NCBI GenBank assembly: GCA_963829055.1
Contig: CAWHHI010000009.1
Span: 64,001 to 128,000 of the forward strand
Reading direction: 5' to 3'
Length of the DNA stretch: 64,000 bases
DNA from: an uncultured Gemmatimonadaceae bacterium
GTDB lineage: Bacteria; Gemmatimonadota; Gemmatimonadetes; Gemmatimonadales; Gemmatimonadaceae
Shown here: piece by piece, positions 1-10,380 of the stretch
Layout of the letters: the number at the start of each line of letters is the position of its first letter
Numbering within the stretch: the first letter of the stretch is position 1
The notes under the pieces: generated by a model
Database searches by the model: none
Seen by the model: only the letters and a program-made list of their open reading frames with translations
What the model was told of the DNA's origin: nothing
Made by a program: the position numbers and the translations under genes

Positions 1-105
1 ACTCATCCACTGTCTAGCAGAAGTGCAGAGGCACATCTGACGCGTCCGCTGCCGGACGTCGTCAGCGCAACCGAGCCGGACAAGCCGCACCCGACGAGTC
101 GAGCA

Positions 106-1524
106 ATGCAGAACCTCCGCCGTCATGCCTGGCGGGCCGGTCGGCGCATTGTCGCACTGATCGGCGTCGACGCTGTCTGTTTCCTGCTTGCCCGCGCGAT
201 CACACGACAGTTGGCGGAGACGCCATTCGGAAACGCTGCGGCGGTCGCGGGTATCCTCCCATCGAACGTTGGGTCGAGTGAGCTCGCACTCGCCGTCGCC
301 ATGTTCGTCGGCACCGCGATCTCCGGGACGTATGGTCCCGGGGACGCACGGCGGCATGTCGGGAGGTTGTTCCTCGCAGCAGCGCTGGCGAGCGCCTTAC
401 CGCTCTGGAGCAGTCTCTGGACTCAGCAGTCAGCCGGTGCGTTGCACACGTGGTTCGTCGTGTTCGCGCCGCTGTTCATCATGCTGGTCGCATTGCGAAC
501 CGTGTTCGATGTGCTCGTCCAACGCTGGTCGAATCGTGCGGGCACTACGCGCGCACGAACCGTACTGATTGGCACGGCGAGCGATTGCCTCGCGCGCCGC
601 GAGTGTGATGTCCTCACGCGCCGGTCAGGGTTCGAAATGCTCGGCTTCATAGACGTCTCAGCACGCCAACATACGGCTGCCCTTGGCGTCGTGACCGACA
701 TCGAGCGCCTCCTCGTCGAGCACGACGTCGACACCGTGGTCTTCTGCGGCTTCCCCAACTCGGCCACCACGAGTCGCGTGCTCCGCGCCGCGGCGGTCTC
801 GGAGTGCACGGTTCTGGCTTCCGCGCCGCAGTTCGAGCTGCCATCGGTTCGGCCCAACGTCATAAAGCGAGGAGGCCAACCACTGCTCGAGCTCCGTCCG
901 GTCGCGCTTCGCGCGGAACAGCTGATCGTGAAGCGCGCGATGGACCTCATTGGGTCGACTGTCATCCTGGTCTTGCTCGCGCCTGTGCTCGCTATCGTAG
1001 CGGTGATGGTGGCGCTCGACACACCGGGGCCGGTCATCTTCGTCCAGCGCCGCTTGGGGCGATATGGTCGTCCCATCCGCTGCTACAAATTCCGCTCGAT
1101 GCATCGCGATGCGGAAGCGCAGCTGCTGAACGACCCGGTGCTATACCGCCGATACGTCGAGCATGACTACAAGCTGCCGGAGTCCATCGACACGCGTATA
1201 ACGCGAATCGGGCGCTTTCTGCGGCGTACCAGCCTCGACGAGCTGCCGCAGCTCTGGAACGTGTTCAAAGGCGAGATGTCGCTCGTCGGTCCGCGCCCGA
1301 TCGTGCCAGACGAGATCCATCACTACAACGGTGAGGGCCCGCTCCTTCTGACCCTCAAGCCTGGACTGACTGGAGCGTGGCAAGTGGGTGGGCGCTCGTG
1401 CGTCGGTTACCCCAAGCGCGCCGCGGTCGAGCTCGAGTACGTCGAAGGTTGGAGCCTCTGGGGGGACATCGGGATCCTGCTCCGCACCTTTCCCGCGGTG
1501 CTGGCCACGCGTGGCGCACACTAA
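106..1524 (+). CDS. Priming sugar transferase (WcaJ/WbaP-like polyprenyl glycosylphosphotransferase)
   Basis: N-terminal TM helices, a Rossmann-like RTVLIG segment, and a C-terminal Bac_transf domain (KRAMDL...YKFRSM...[26 protein letters not shown]...[10 protein letters not shown]). Confidence 0.93.
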   Translation: MQNLRRHAWRAGRRIVALIGVDAVCFLLARAITRQLAETPFGNAAAVAGILPSNVGSSELALAVAMFVGTAISGTYGPGDARRHVGRLFLAAALASALPLWSSLWTQQSAGALHTWFVVFAPLFIMLVALRTVFDVLVQRWSNRAGTTRARTVLIGTASDCLARRECDVLTRRSGFEMLGFIDVSARQHTAALGVVTDIERLLVEHDVDTVVFCGFPNSATTSRVLRAAAVSECTVLASAPQFELPSVRPNVIKRGGQPLLELRPVALRAEQLIVKRAMDLIGSTVILVLLAPVLAIVAVMVALDTPGPVIFVQRRLGRYGRPIRCYKFRSMHRDAEAQLLNDPVLYRRYVEHDYKLPESIDTRITRIGRFLRRTSLDELPQLWNVFKGEMSLVGPRPIVPDEIHHYNGEGPLLLTLKPGLTGAWQVGGRSCVGYPKRAAVELEYVEGWSLWGDIGILLRTFPAVLATRGAH

Positions 1525-1579
1525 CGACACCAGTGCCGAGCCCATCAGTAATGAGCTCCAGGAGTTGTACCGCGCCCCC

Positions 1580-2503
1580 ATGGGCGAACCACGCATTTCC
1601 ATTGTCATAGTCTCGTATAGCCGCGCCGACGAGATCGAACACTGCCTCGCTGACCTGGCCGCGCAGCGCACCACGGTGAAGTTCGAGGTGTTGCTGCTGC
1701 TTCAGGCGTATCCTCGAGACGCTACCGACCGGTTGGTCAAGACGTTCTCTCACGCCTTTCCGCTGCACGTATTTCACGCGACGCAGGGGCTGGGCGTGCA
1801 CGTCGCGAGAAACGCGGCGCTCGCGCGGACATCCGCCGACATCATCGCGTTCCTCGATGACGACGTCCGTGTGCCGACGGACTGGGTCGAGTCGCTCGCA
1901 CCGTACTACGAGGACTCCTCGGTCGGCGGGGTCGGCGGCTTCGTGAGACATCCGGGCAGTCAGCGCGTCATCACGCGGGTGTTGCGCCCGGTACTCGGCC
2001 TTTCTTCACGACGCTACCGGATCGACTGGGGTGGCTTTCACGCGATCCCGTGGTCGTCGCATCCGTCACGCGACCAGGAGGCGGACTGGCTCTCGGGATG
2101 CAACATGTCGTTTCGCCGAGTGGCGCTCGAGCAGGTTGGCGGCTTCGATGAGGGGTATGGACGCTACGGATACAATGACGTCGACGTCAGTCTCCGCGTG
2201 CGTCAGGCGGGGTGGCGTCTCGTCTCCACGCGTCGGCTCGCCGTCAATCACTACCCGAGCGCCATCAACCGCGCCGCGCTTCCCGATCTCATCCGTGAGG
2301 AGGAGGCGCGGCGGGTGCGACTCGTCAGGCGCGCGATCGGCAACCGGCCCGCGTGGCGCGCTCGATATCTCGCGCGGTTCGCCTACCATTTGATAGCGCT
2401 GTCTCTGCAAGGGATCGCTCGCGGTTGTCCATCGCTTCCGCTTCGCGCGATGGATGGTGCTCGTCGTGGGCTGGCGCTATACGGACGAAACGGGGCGGCG
2501 TGA
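1580..2503 (+). CDS. Glycosyltransferase family 2
   Basis: ATG at 1580 (MGEPRISIVIVSY); ARNAAL...IIAFLDDD (DxD motif); GCNMSFRR...GGFDE. Confidence 0.9.
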   Translation: MGEPRISIVIVSYSRADEIEHCLADLAAQRTTVKFEVLLLLQAYPRDATDRLVKTFSHAFPLHVFHATQGLGVHVARNAALARTSADIIAFLDDDVRVPTDWVESLAPYYEDSSVGGVGGFVRHPGSQRVITRVLRPVLGLSSRRYRIDWGGFHAIPWSSHPSRDQEADWLSGCNMSFRRVALEQVGGFDEGYGRYGYNDVDVSLRVRQAGWRLVSTRRLAVNHYPSAINRAALPDLIREEEARRVRLVRRAIGNRPAWRARYLARFAYHLIALSLQGIARGCPSLPLRAMDGARRGLALYGRNGAA

Positions 2504-3795
2504 GTGACGAGCGCCGGAGCCTGGCGGACTGGTGGGCCGCACCCGCGGCTCCCTACATCGCCGCCGTCGCGGTGCGGACCGCGGCCCGCGCGGCATGGGG
2601 GCTGGCGCTGCCGACGCTGCTCACGGTTGCTGCCTACGGCAGCTATCAGGTAGTTGCGACGACGGCGGCAATGGCCGCCCAGCTCGCCTTGTTAGGCGCA
2701 CCGCAGACGATTGTTCGCTACGCTGGCCGTCGGCTTCCGATGCGCTTCCTCGTGCTGCATTCGGTTGCGCTCGCTGCGATCGCGATCGGCGCCGCGGCGG
2801 CATTCATACCTCGAACGCGCACACCGGCAATGCTCGGAGCGCTGGCGGCGGTGTCCCTGGCTACGCTCGGTGCGACATTGTTCGGCGCGCGAGCGAAGGC
2901 CCGCTTCGCGTTCGGCACGTCACTCCGCGCCGAGTTGGGCGGAGCGGTGGTATTGGTGGTCGCGGCAATCGTCGCTGTCGCGGGCATCGCGCGCACGGTG
3001 ATCACGCCCGGTGTCGCGCTGATGGTGGAATCGATTGCCCTTGGCGCGACCGCGGTGGTTCTCCTCCGAGCGCGCGACAGTCGAGCAACGACGACATCGA
3101 CGTCCAATGCGGCGCAGCCATCACCGCCTGTTCGACGCATGCTCGCCGACATCTACTCGGTCGGCGCCCTCGTACTGCTCGACGTCGTGCTGTTCCGGCG
3201 TCTCGAGGTGTACTTCCTCGAGCGCTCGCCCGACGGCCTCGTCGGCGTCGCCGTGCTCGGCTTGTCGCTGCAGATCGTGTCGATCGCGCTGCTCGTGCCG
3301 ACCGCGTTGCTCGAGACGTGGCAGCCGAGGCTCGCGCTTGCCCAGCACAGTGGCGGTGACGCCGGATTCGAGCGCGAGTTCGCGCGCCGGGGGAAGTGGT
3401 TCGCGCGCCTCATGGTCGGCGTTGTGCTGCTTGGCACCGCCGTTCCCCTCGTTGCGGTGCCACTGGTGTTTCCGCGGTACAGCCCGTGGTTAGGCTACAT
3501 CGTCGCGTTCGTATTCATCCGGCTCGCGTGTGCTGGCGCAGGCTTCTACTCGTCCGCGCTCTACGCAGCGGGCCGTCATCGCGCGCTCTATGCGCCAGCC
3601 GTCGTCGCTGTGGTGATCGCGATCGCGGGGAACGTGGTGTTCACCCGTCAGCTGGGGCTGCGCGGTGCGCTGGTCGCATACGGGGCGACGCAAGTGACGG
3701 TGGCGGTGCTCACGGTCGCCGCGTTCTACCGCGCGTCGACTCGAGTTGGCGCGGGGACGACACCGGAGCCCGCCGAGGCTCGGATAGTTGCCTAA
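2500..3795 (+). CDS. Polysaccharide flippase-like membrane protein (Wzx-like)
   Basis: GTGA overlap with the upstream stop; about 12 hydrophobic segments; located in a polysaccharide locus. Confidence 0.7.
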   Translation: MSDERRSLADWWAAPAAPYIAAVAVRTAARAAWGLALPTLLTVAAYGSYQVVATTAAMAAQLALLGAPQTIVRYAGRRLPMRFLVLHSVALAAIAIGAAAAFIPRTRTPAMLGALAAVSLATLGATLFGARAKARFAFGTSLRAELGGAVVLVVAAIVAVAGIARTVITPGVALMVESIALGATAVVLLRARDSRATTTSTSNAAQPSPPVRRMLADIYSVGALVLLDVVLFRRLEVYFLERSPDGLVGVAVLGLSLQIVSIALLVPTALLETWQPRLALAQHSGGDAGFEREFARRGKWFARLMVGVVLLGTAVPLVAVPLVFPRYSPWLGYIVAFVFIRLACAGAGFYSSALYAAGRHRALYAPAVVAVVIAIAGNVVFTRQLGLRGALVAYGATQVTVAVLTVAAFYRASTRVGAGTTPEPAEARIVA

Positions 3796-3854
3796 CGGCT
3801 CGGGTTGGCTATAGGCGTCATTCTCACGGGAACGTAGATCGCGGCTGGGCGCAA

Positions 3855-4265
3855 CAGCAGTTCACCGCGGAGGACGCAGAGAACTGCTTCAGCCAACCAT
3901 CTCAGACGACTGGGCGAACGGATGCGTCGGATCAGCCGGATTGATTCCCGTGACGGGACGGAGGCTACGGCAACGTGTTGTTGATGAGGGGAACGGCCTC
4001 GCGACACCATGGTGTCACGAGGCCGTGTGTCATCCCGAGCATCCGCGAGGGATCTTCTCGACGGTCATTGTGGCCAGAGCGGCCACGATACCAAGACAGA
4101 AGATCCCTCGCTGGCGCTCGGGATGACATCGCTGCCGTTCCATCACGGCCGTTACGCCGACTCGCCTTCCATGGAGTCAATCCGGCTGATCCGGCGCATC
4201 CGTTCGCCCCTTCGTCCTAGAAGCCTGCTGAAGCAGTTCTCTGCGTCCCGGCAATGAACTGCCGT
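3855..4265. repeat. Nested inverted-repeat (fold-back) region between convergent genes
   Basis: 3872-3893 is the exact reverse complement of 4227-4248; 3912-3948 pairs with 4173-4209 (2 mismatches); internal palindromes at 3993-4026 and 4028-4128. Confidence 0.88.
4028..4128. repeat. REP/MITE-like palindromic element, copy 1
   Basis: TGTCATCCCGAGC...CGAGGGATCTTCT...AGAAGATCCCTCG...GCTCGGGATGACA; a second copy lies at 52045-52153. Confidence 0.85.
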
Positions 4266-4269
4266 TCAG

Positions 4270-5313
4270 TCAACGATTGGTTCCCGCCAGTGATGGCGCA
4301 TCGCGATGGCTCGGCTCCGGTAGCCCGTTCGCCTCGCCGTTTCCGCTCGCGCCCTCGGGCAGCCGCCGCGTGAAGTCACCTTTCGCGAACAGCACCAGCG
4401 TCGCGACGAGCAGGCCAAGCGCGGTACCCAGCACGAGCTTGAGTGGAAGCCGGAGCGGGTCCGGCAAGAGGCGCGACGGAACGGAGTCGACCACCACCAC
4501 CGCGGGCGTCTCTTCCAGTTCGCGCGCCCTTGCCGTTTCGTAGTCGGTGCGGGCCTGGCTGTATACGGTCTGTGCGTCTTGCACTTCACGCTCCACCTGC
4601 TGACGCGACATCGCGGCGGTCGAGAATTGCGTGTACGCGCGGTTCGCGGAGAGAAATGACACGACGCGCTCCTCGGCCCGTCGCAACTGTCGCTCAGCGC
4701 TGTCCACCCGCTCGGCCTGAGCAACGCGCTGACTCGTCGCCTGCGCGCGGCTCACTCGCACGAACGTGTTACTCGCCGCTTCGACCAGGTGGTTGGCCAC
4801 CTGACGGACGACGGCGCTATCTGTGTGCGACGCACGGAGGGAGATCAAGCCCGTCTGCTTGTCGACTTCGGCGGCCAGGATGTCGCGCATCCCCGGTTCG
4901 ACTTGCGTGGGGCGGATCTTCGCCGCCGGACTCTCGAGGACCCGCTCGATCACGGTGCCGCCGCGCGCATCGGCGACGCGCTCCGACGCTACCTGCATGA
5001 TCACACTGCGCAGCAGGAGGAGCTTCGCGATGAAGTACGGCGTGGACTGGACGCCGCCGAGCTGAGCTTGCCCCAGGATCGCCGTGATCCCGCCCGAGAG
5101 CGAGGCTTGCCGCGCGTTAGGCACCGCCGCGAGCACGACCGACGCAGTGTACCGGCGCGCCGGGATGAGTGCGACCGCGAGCGCGAGCCCCCATGCGGCC
5201 ACGCAGATCGTGAGCACGAGGCGCCAGCGGCGGCGGTACGGCCGCACCAGTGCACCGAGCGGCAGCTCGGGATCGGTCTGCGGTACGAGGGCAAGCGAGG
5301 TATCACGCGGCAT
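4270..5313 (-). CDS. Polysaccharide chain-length determinant (Wzz/GNVR-like)
   Basis: Two TM helices flanking a coiled-coil region; RRYTASVVL near the N-terminus; Pro-rich stretch before the C-terminal TM. Start taken as MPRDTS. Confidence 0.82.
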   Translation of the reverse strand: MPRDTSLALVPQTDPELPLGALVRPYRRRWRLVLTICVAAWGLALAVALIPARRYTASVVLAAVPNARQASLSGGITAILGQAQLGGVQSTPYFIAKLLLLRSVIMQVASERVADARGGTVIERVLESPAAKIRPTQVEPGMRDILAAEVDKQTGLISLRASHTDSAVVRQVANHLVEAASNTFVRVSRAQATSQRVAQAERVDSAERQLRRAEERVVSFLSANRAYTQFSTAAMSRQQVEREVQDAQTVYSQARTDYETARARELEETPAVVVVDSVPSRLLPDPLRLPLKLVLGTALGLLVATLVLFAKGDFTRRLPEGASGNGEANGLPEPSHRDAPSLAGTNR

Positions 5314-6469
5314 AACGACAGTCGGACCGGTAGAGAGTGACGAGGCGATCGACCATGCGACCGATCTCGAAATGGCGAGCCTGCACGCGAGAAACGATGC
5401 GAGCGGCGCGAAGCGATTCGGGACGTTCGATGAACGCGCGTGCGGCCCCAGCGAGCGCTTCGGGCGTAGCGGCGGAGACGATCTCGCCGTTGCGTCCGCT
5501 GACGACACAGTCGCTCGCGCCGCCCACGGACGTGGTTACGATCGCACACCCCGCGTCCAGCGCTTCGAGCATCACGTACGAGAATCCCTCGTAGCCGCTC
5601 GTGACGAGCAGGATGTCGACTGCCGGAAGCACGTCGCGCCCGATCGCGCCGCGAAGCCAGCGCACGTGCGCGCTCAGCCCGGCTTTGTCGAGCGCCGCGG
5701 ACACGGCCGGCGCCTCGGGACCGTCTCCAGCGAGTACGAACCGGAGCGACGGGTAGGCGAGATGCAGGCGACGAAACGTCTCGACCGCGAGCAGCGGCGC
5801 CTTCTGCGGCACGAGTCGTCCCATGAAGCCGACGGTGATCTCGGCGTCGGTGATGCCTAACGACGAGCGCGCGAGCGCGCGCGCCAGATCGAGCGCCTCA
5901 TCGGAGCGCACGTCGATGCCATTCTCGATCACCGTCAGCTTGTGGTCCGGAATTCCGAGCGACCGGGCCAACAGTCGCTCCTCTCGCGACGTCGCGATCA
6001 CGCGATCGGTCGCGAGGGCCAGCCCATACTCGGCCAGGCCGTACAGCCGTCGCGCGACGGCCGACAGCGCTGGCGCCTGCGCGTAGAATGCATGCGGCGT
6101 GTAGAACACGCGCCGCGCACAACCCCAACGGGCGAGCCGGGCGAGCGCGCCGCCTTTTGCGCTGTGGCCGTGCAGCACGTCCGCGCCGCCGAATGCGCGG
6201 ACGGCACGCCGCAGCTGCAACGTGCCCACGACATCGTGCGGGCGCGGCGCGCGATGGACATCCACCCGCGCGAGCTCGTAGCCGTGGTCCGCGTGACGCG
6301 ACAGCCGTTCAGCGAAATCCGGTTCCGCGCGGCGGGTGGAGTGCACCACGAGCACCTCGAACCCGAGCTGCGGCAGTCGCTCCGCGACGTCGAGCACGTG
6401 CTTCCCGACGCCGCCGCCGGCAGCCTCGCACACGAGCACCACGCGCATCAGATCGCTCGAGGTGGTCAT
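5303..6469 (-). CDS. Glycosyltransferase family 4
   Basis: GGGVGKHV, HGHSAKGG, FMGRLVPQK and EGFSYVMLEA (EX7E motif). Confidence 0.92.
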   Translation of the reverse strand: MTTSSDLMRVVLVCEAAGGGVGKHVLDVAERLPQLGFEVLVVHSTRRAEPDFAERLSRHADHGYELARVDVHRAPRPHDVVGTLQLRRAVRAFGGADVLHGHSAKGGALARLARWGCARRVFYTPHAFYAQAPALSAVARRLYGLAEYGLALATDRVIATSREERLLARSLGIPDHKLTVIENGIDVRSDEALDLARALARSSLGITDAEITVGFMGRLVPQKAPLLAVETFRRLHLAYPSLRFVLAGDGPEAPAVSAALDKAGLSAHVRWLRGAIGRDVLPAVDILLVTSGYEGFSYVMLEALDAGCAIVTTSVGGASDCVVSGRNGEIVSAATPEALAGAARAFIERPESLRAARIVSRVQARHFEIGRMVDRLVTLYRSDCRYAA

Positions 6470-7299
6470 GCGGTCACCAGATCGGAGCGGCGGCTGCGCA
6501 TGGCCTTGATAGCGACGATCCACGAATACGGGATCGCGAACCTGCCTAACGTTTTGGCGACGCCGAACCAGCTCTCCCACGTCCCGGGCCGGAAGTACGC
6601 GAGCTGGATGCGCAGCGTGCTGCGAAGCTGTTGCCGACGACGTCGCATCGAGAGCCCCTGAGGATCGAAGCGAGTCACCAGGAGCGTCTCGGCCAGGTTC
6701 GCCACTCGATGCCGTCGAGCGATCCGCCAGAACAGCTCGTAGTCCTCGGCCGCCGGATACGCCGTGGAGTACACGCCGACGGTATCGATCACACTCGTGC
6801 GAAACATCACCGCCGGATGGATCAGTGCCGTGGTGTGGTGCATCGTGCGCACGATGTCGTCATGCGCGGTGGGTAGCTCGCGCACGAATCGCACGCGTCC
6901 GTCGTCATCGCGCCACTCTACGGCCGAGCCGACGAGGTGGACGTCGCGATGCGCGTCGAGATAGTCGCGCTGACTCGCGAGGCGCCCGGGAGCACATCGG
7001 TCACCGTTGTCGAGCCGCGCGATGTACGCGATGCCGCGGCGGCGGATGTAGTCGAGTCCCGTGTTCAGCGCCCGCTCGATGCCGCGGTTCGCATCGTGAC
7101 GCAGGATGACGATCTCGACCCCAGCCGAGTCCGCATCGCAGGCGAGCGGCGGCGTGCTTCCGTCGTCGACGACGACAGCCACGATGGGAACGCCCTGATC
7201 GCGCAGCGACCGAAGCGTGCTCGTTAGGAGGCCGCTGTCGTTGAACACCGGAATCAGCACGGCGACCGTCTCTGGCGCGTCCGTCATCTGCCCGGTCAC
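6466..7299 (-). CDS. Glycosyltransferase family 2
   Basis: VAVLIPVFN, VVVDDGS, ARLDNGD, HPAVMFR, AEDYELF. Confidence 0.92.
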   Translation of the reverse strand: MTGQMTDAPETVAVLIPVFNDSGLLTSTLRSLRDQGVPIVAVVVDDGSTPPLACDADSAGVEIVILRHDANRGIERALNTGLDYIRRRGIAYIARLDNGDRCAPGRLASQRDYLDAHRDVHLVGSAVEWRDDDGRVRFVRELPTAHDDIVRTMHHTTALIHPAVMFRTSVIDTVGVYSTAYPAAEDYELFWRIARRHRVANLAETLLVTRFDPQGLSMRRRRQQLRSTLRIQLAYFRPGTWESWFGVAKTLGRFAIPYSWIVAIKAMRSRRSDLVTA

Positions 7300-8606
7300 G
7301 GTGTTGCGCCACTGTGTTCACCGCTGCTCACGCCGGACTGCAGCCCGTACACGAGCCACAGCAGCGCGTCGACACCGGTGAACTGGATCGCGCCCGCCAC
7401 GAAGTACCCGGCGACGAACAGCAGCAGATGATCGCGGAAGCGGGTGGCGAAGACGCGGCGCGCCACGGACACAGCGAGCACCAATAGCGCGAGTAATCCC
7501 GGGATGCCCGTCTCCACCGCGTGCTGCAGGTAGATGTTGTGCAGGTTGTCCTCGGGGACGTCGACACCGAGGACGCGTCGCAACGTCGGCACTGCATTGC
7601 CGACGCCGACGCCCAGCGGGTATTCCGCGAACACGCGGAGCCCGCCGCGCCAGAGCATCATGCGGCCCAGCGAACCCGGCTCCTCGCCGATGGTCGAGAA
7701 GCGTTCGGCAACGTACGACGTGTCGCCGTACTGGCGCACTCTCGCCATCGCCCCCGCCATGACGACTACCGCTGCCGCTCCGACCGCGACGCCGAACAGG
7801 CGAGACCAGCGACGCCTAACGAAAGCGCGCGGCGACAGGTCGACGCGTCCAGCGCGCCGGCCGCCCCAGGCAAAGGCGATCGCAGCGCAGGCGGCCAGGC
7901 CGGCGATCACGAGACCGGCGCGGCTCGCGTACAGTGCGCTCGTGGCCGCGGCCGTCAGCACGAACGGAACGAACCACGCGGAACCTATGAGGAACACGGA
8001 CGACAGGGCGAGCCACGTCGCCTCCAGATTGAGCCCACCGCCGGACAGCGTGGGCACCTCCGGGTGCCCGAGCGGGCTGGCCAGATACGCGATGAAGGCC
8101 GGGATATGTTGCGTGTTCTTTGCAGTGACGAGCAGCAGGAACGCGACGCTCGCGACGCGGCACGCGCGGATGACGACCGTCGCACCCGCCGCGCGGCCGA
8201 CGCCGCCGGCAACGAGCGCGATGTAGAGCGAGATGAGCAGCTTGACGCCCGCGACGCGCGGCTCGTTGACGCTGTACGCGAGCAGTGTGGCCGCGGTCAT
8301 CACGGCGAAGTAGAGTAGTAACTCGGTCCGCGGACGTGCGATCCGTCCGCGGAAGACGATGACCGCGCCAGCAAGGAGCAGGGCGGCGTGGTAGAGTTTG
8401 GGTGTCGCGCCCGCATCGTCCGCTACGAGGGCGCCGGAGATGGTCACGGCGCTTGCGAACGCGGACACGACGAGCGTGGACAGCAGGGCCGTCGCCGTCC
8501 AGGGACGGAATCGTGCTGGATTCGTCATCCGCGCAGGCGTGACGTTCGGCGGGACCCCGAGGTTCATCTTTCCAAGCTCCTTAGTCGCTCCGAGCGACTC
8601 GGACAC
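7296..8606 (-). CDS. O-antigen ligase / Wzy polymerase family protein
   Basis: Polytopic membrane protein with ASRAG, R-x-x-LW...PLGVGVGN and HNIYLQ...ETGIPG (Wzy_C signature). Start uncertain. Confidence 0.85.
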   Translation of the reverse strand: MSESLGATKELGKMNLGVPPNVTPARMTNPARFRPWTATALLSTLVVSAFASAVTISGALVADDAGATPKLYHAALLLAGAVIVFRGRIARPRTELLLYFAVMTAATLLAYSVNEPRVAGVKLLISLYIALVAGGVGRAAGATVVIRACRVASVAFLLLVTAKNTQHIPAFIAYLASPLGHPEVPTLSGGGLNLEATWLALSSVFLIGSAWFVPFVLTAAATSALYASRAGLVIAGLAACAAIAFAWGGRRAGRVDLSPRAFVRRRWSRLFGVAVGAAAVVVMAGAMARVRQYGDTSYVAERFSTIGEEPGSLGRMMLWRGGLRVFAEYPLGVGVGNAVPTLRRVLGVDVPEDNLHNIYLQHAVETGIPGLLALLVLAVSVARRVFATRFRDHLLLFVAGYFVAGAIQFTGVDALLWLVYGLQSGVSSGEHSGATP

Positions 8607-8633
8607 ATATTGCCTTTGTCGCCTTTGTCACTC

Positions 8634-10218
8634 GTGCAGAACTTCTCCGCCCGCTGGTGGGTCACCGGCTTCGTCGTCGCCGCACTGCTTGGCGCGCAAG
8701 CGCAGGCCCAGACACAGTCGGCGCCGCGCTTCGCATCTCCCATACTACCAGCGGATCACTGGGCGGTCGATGCCGCGCGTCGCGCGGTCGTGGTTGGCCT
8801 TGCGCCGGCCGGGTTCGCCTGGGGCGAAGGAACGTTGACGCAAGGCGTTGCGGGGTGGGCGCTCTACGAGGCCAGCGAGCGAGCCACGCAGACAGCGTCA
8901 CCACTAGCGAATATAGCGGCCGGCGAGTGGCGTCGATTCGTGCGTGAGTTCCCGGCCGTCGCCGCGAGACTCGTCACCGAGCTGGACCGCGGAAAGCGCA
9001 GCAGTACGGCCGGCACGACCATGCCATTCAGCGCCAGCATGGATGGGCGATTCGTCACCGAGACCGGGCGATTGCTTCCGGTGCGTTCGCTGGACCGGAC
9101 GAGGGAGAACGTGTCGCCGCCCGTCCCGCTAGCGGACCTCGACGACGGCGAGCTCGAGCTCAGGGTCGGCACGATCGCCGGCCAGTACGTCGCCGGCGAG
9201 GTCGCAGGTGGACGGAACGATGAGCGGTGGCAGATCCACGACTGGCATGTCATGGCGCAGGCAAAGTCGATTGAAGCGTGGGTCGGCGAGCGGGCTCCCG
9301 ACTTGGGTCCGGGAGTCGGCGGTGGGCTAGTGATCGATGGCCGCGCGGTATTCGGCGGTGGAGGCTTCGGGTTCGCGAACCCGGTCCGCGCGCCGTGGAT
9401 CTTTCGCCACCTGGGCTACATCGACGGCGAAGCCTTTCTCTCGCGTATCGATAGCAGCGCAGCCACGCAGTCACCCGTGGGTCTTCGCGTCGCACCTGTC
9501 GTTCTCGCCGCACCGGCGACTCCTGCTCGGCGCAACGCAGGCCTTCATGTTCAGCGGCGATGGGGTGGCGCCGTTCACGTTTCGCAACTTCAAGGAAATG
9601 TTCCTGACGCACGGCATCAAAACGGCCGGCACGGAGTTCGAGAACGGCATCGCCTCCGTGGAGGCGCGATGGCGTCCGCCGGTGCCGGTCGTTCCGGTGG
9701 TGCTCTACGCGGAGTGGGCGTCGGACGACAATCACGGGGCGTGGTTCAAGTTTCCGGCGATCGTCGCTGGCGCGTCGGTACCGTCCATTCCCGGAATTCC
9801 GGGCCTGGCGATCGGTCTCGAGCACGCATCGTTCGCGAAGCCGTGTAGTAGCTGCAATGGATGCGCGTGCAACTTCTACGCGACCTGGTATCGCCACTAC
9901 GTGTTCATGGATGGCTGGACGCTCGACCGGAGACCGATAGGCCACCCACTCGGCGGCGACGGGACGGAGTGGCTGGCCTATGGCCGCTACGACGACGCAC
10001 CGCGTCGCATTCGTCTGGACGCGCGCGTGTTCGCCCGTGACCGCGGCCGATACAACATCTTCGCTCCTACGTTGGAGGGACGAAGTGTCGGTGGTGCGCT
10101 TGCCGCGGACTATCGACTGACGGATGCGGTCGAGCTCCGTCTGGCCGGGGACCTCGAGCATGGGCGCGCCGACTGGTCATCGTCGTCGTTTCGTGCGGGC
10201 GTGCGCTGGGTGCCGTGA
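8634..10218 (+). CDS. Capsule assembly Wzi-like outer-membrane protein (frameshift near 9470)
   Basis: Signal peptide; ORFs 8388..9848 and 9337..10218 join into one protein; YAEWASDD, WYRH...GWT...PIGHPLGGDG; C-terminal beta-strand. Confidence 0.72.
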
Positions 10219-10237
10219 CGTTTCGATGCTCTCTTCC

Positions 10238-10291
10238 GAATTGGGGTCAGACTCGAGTCTGACTCGAATTGGTCAGACTCATGACCCAATT
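10238..10291. terminator. Palindrome between convergent genes; possible bidirectional terminator or REP-like element
   Basis: AATTGGGGTCA...TGACCCAATT with an inner GAGTCTGAC/GTCAGACTC stem. Confidence 0.5.
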
Positions 10292-10380
10292 TCATCCAGC
10301 TTCAACGGCTTTCTTATCTGCGAGATCTGAGTCCTCAGAGCGCTCTGCGTTGCGTCGTTCCGGGCCGCGCACGCAGGCCT

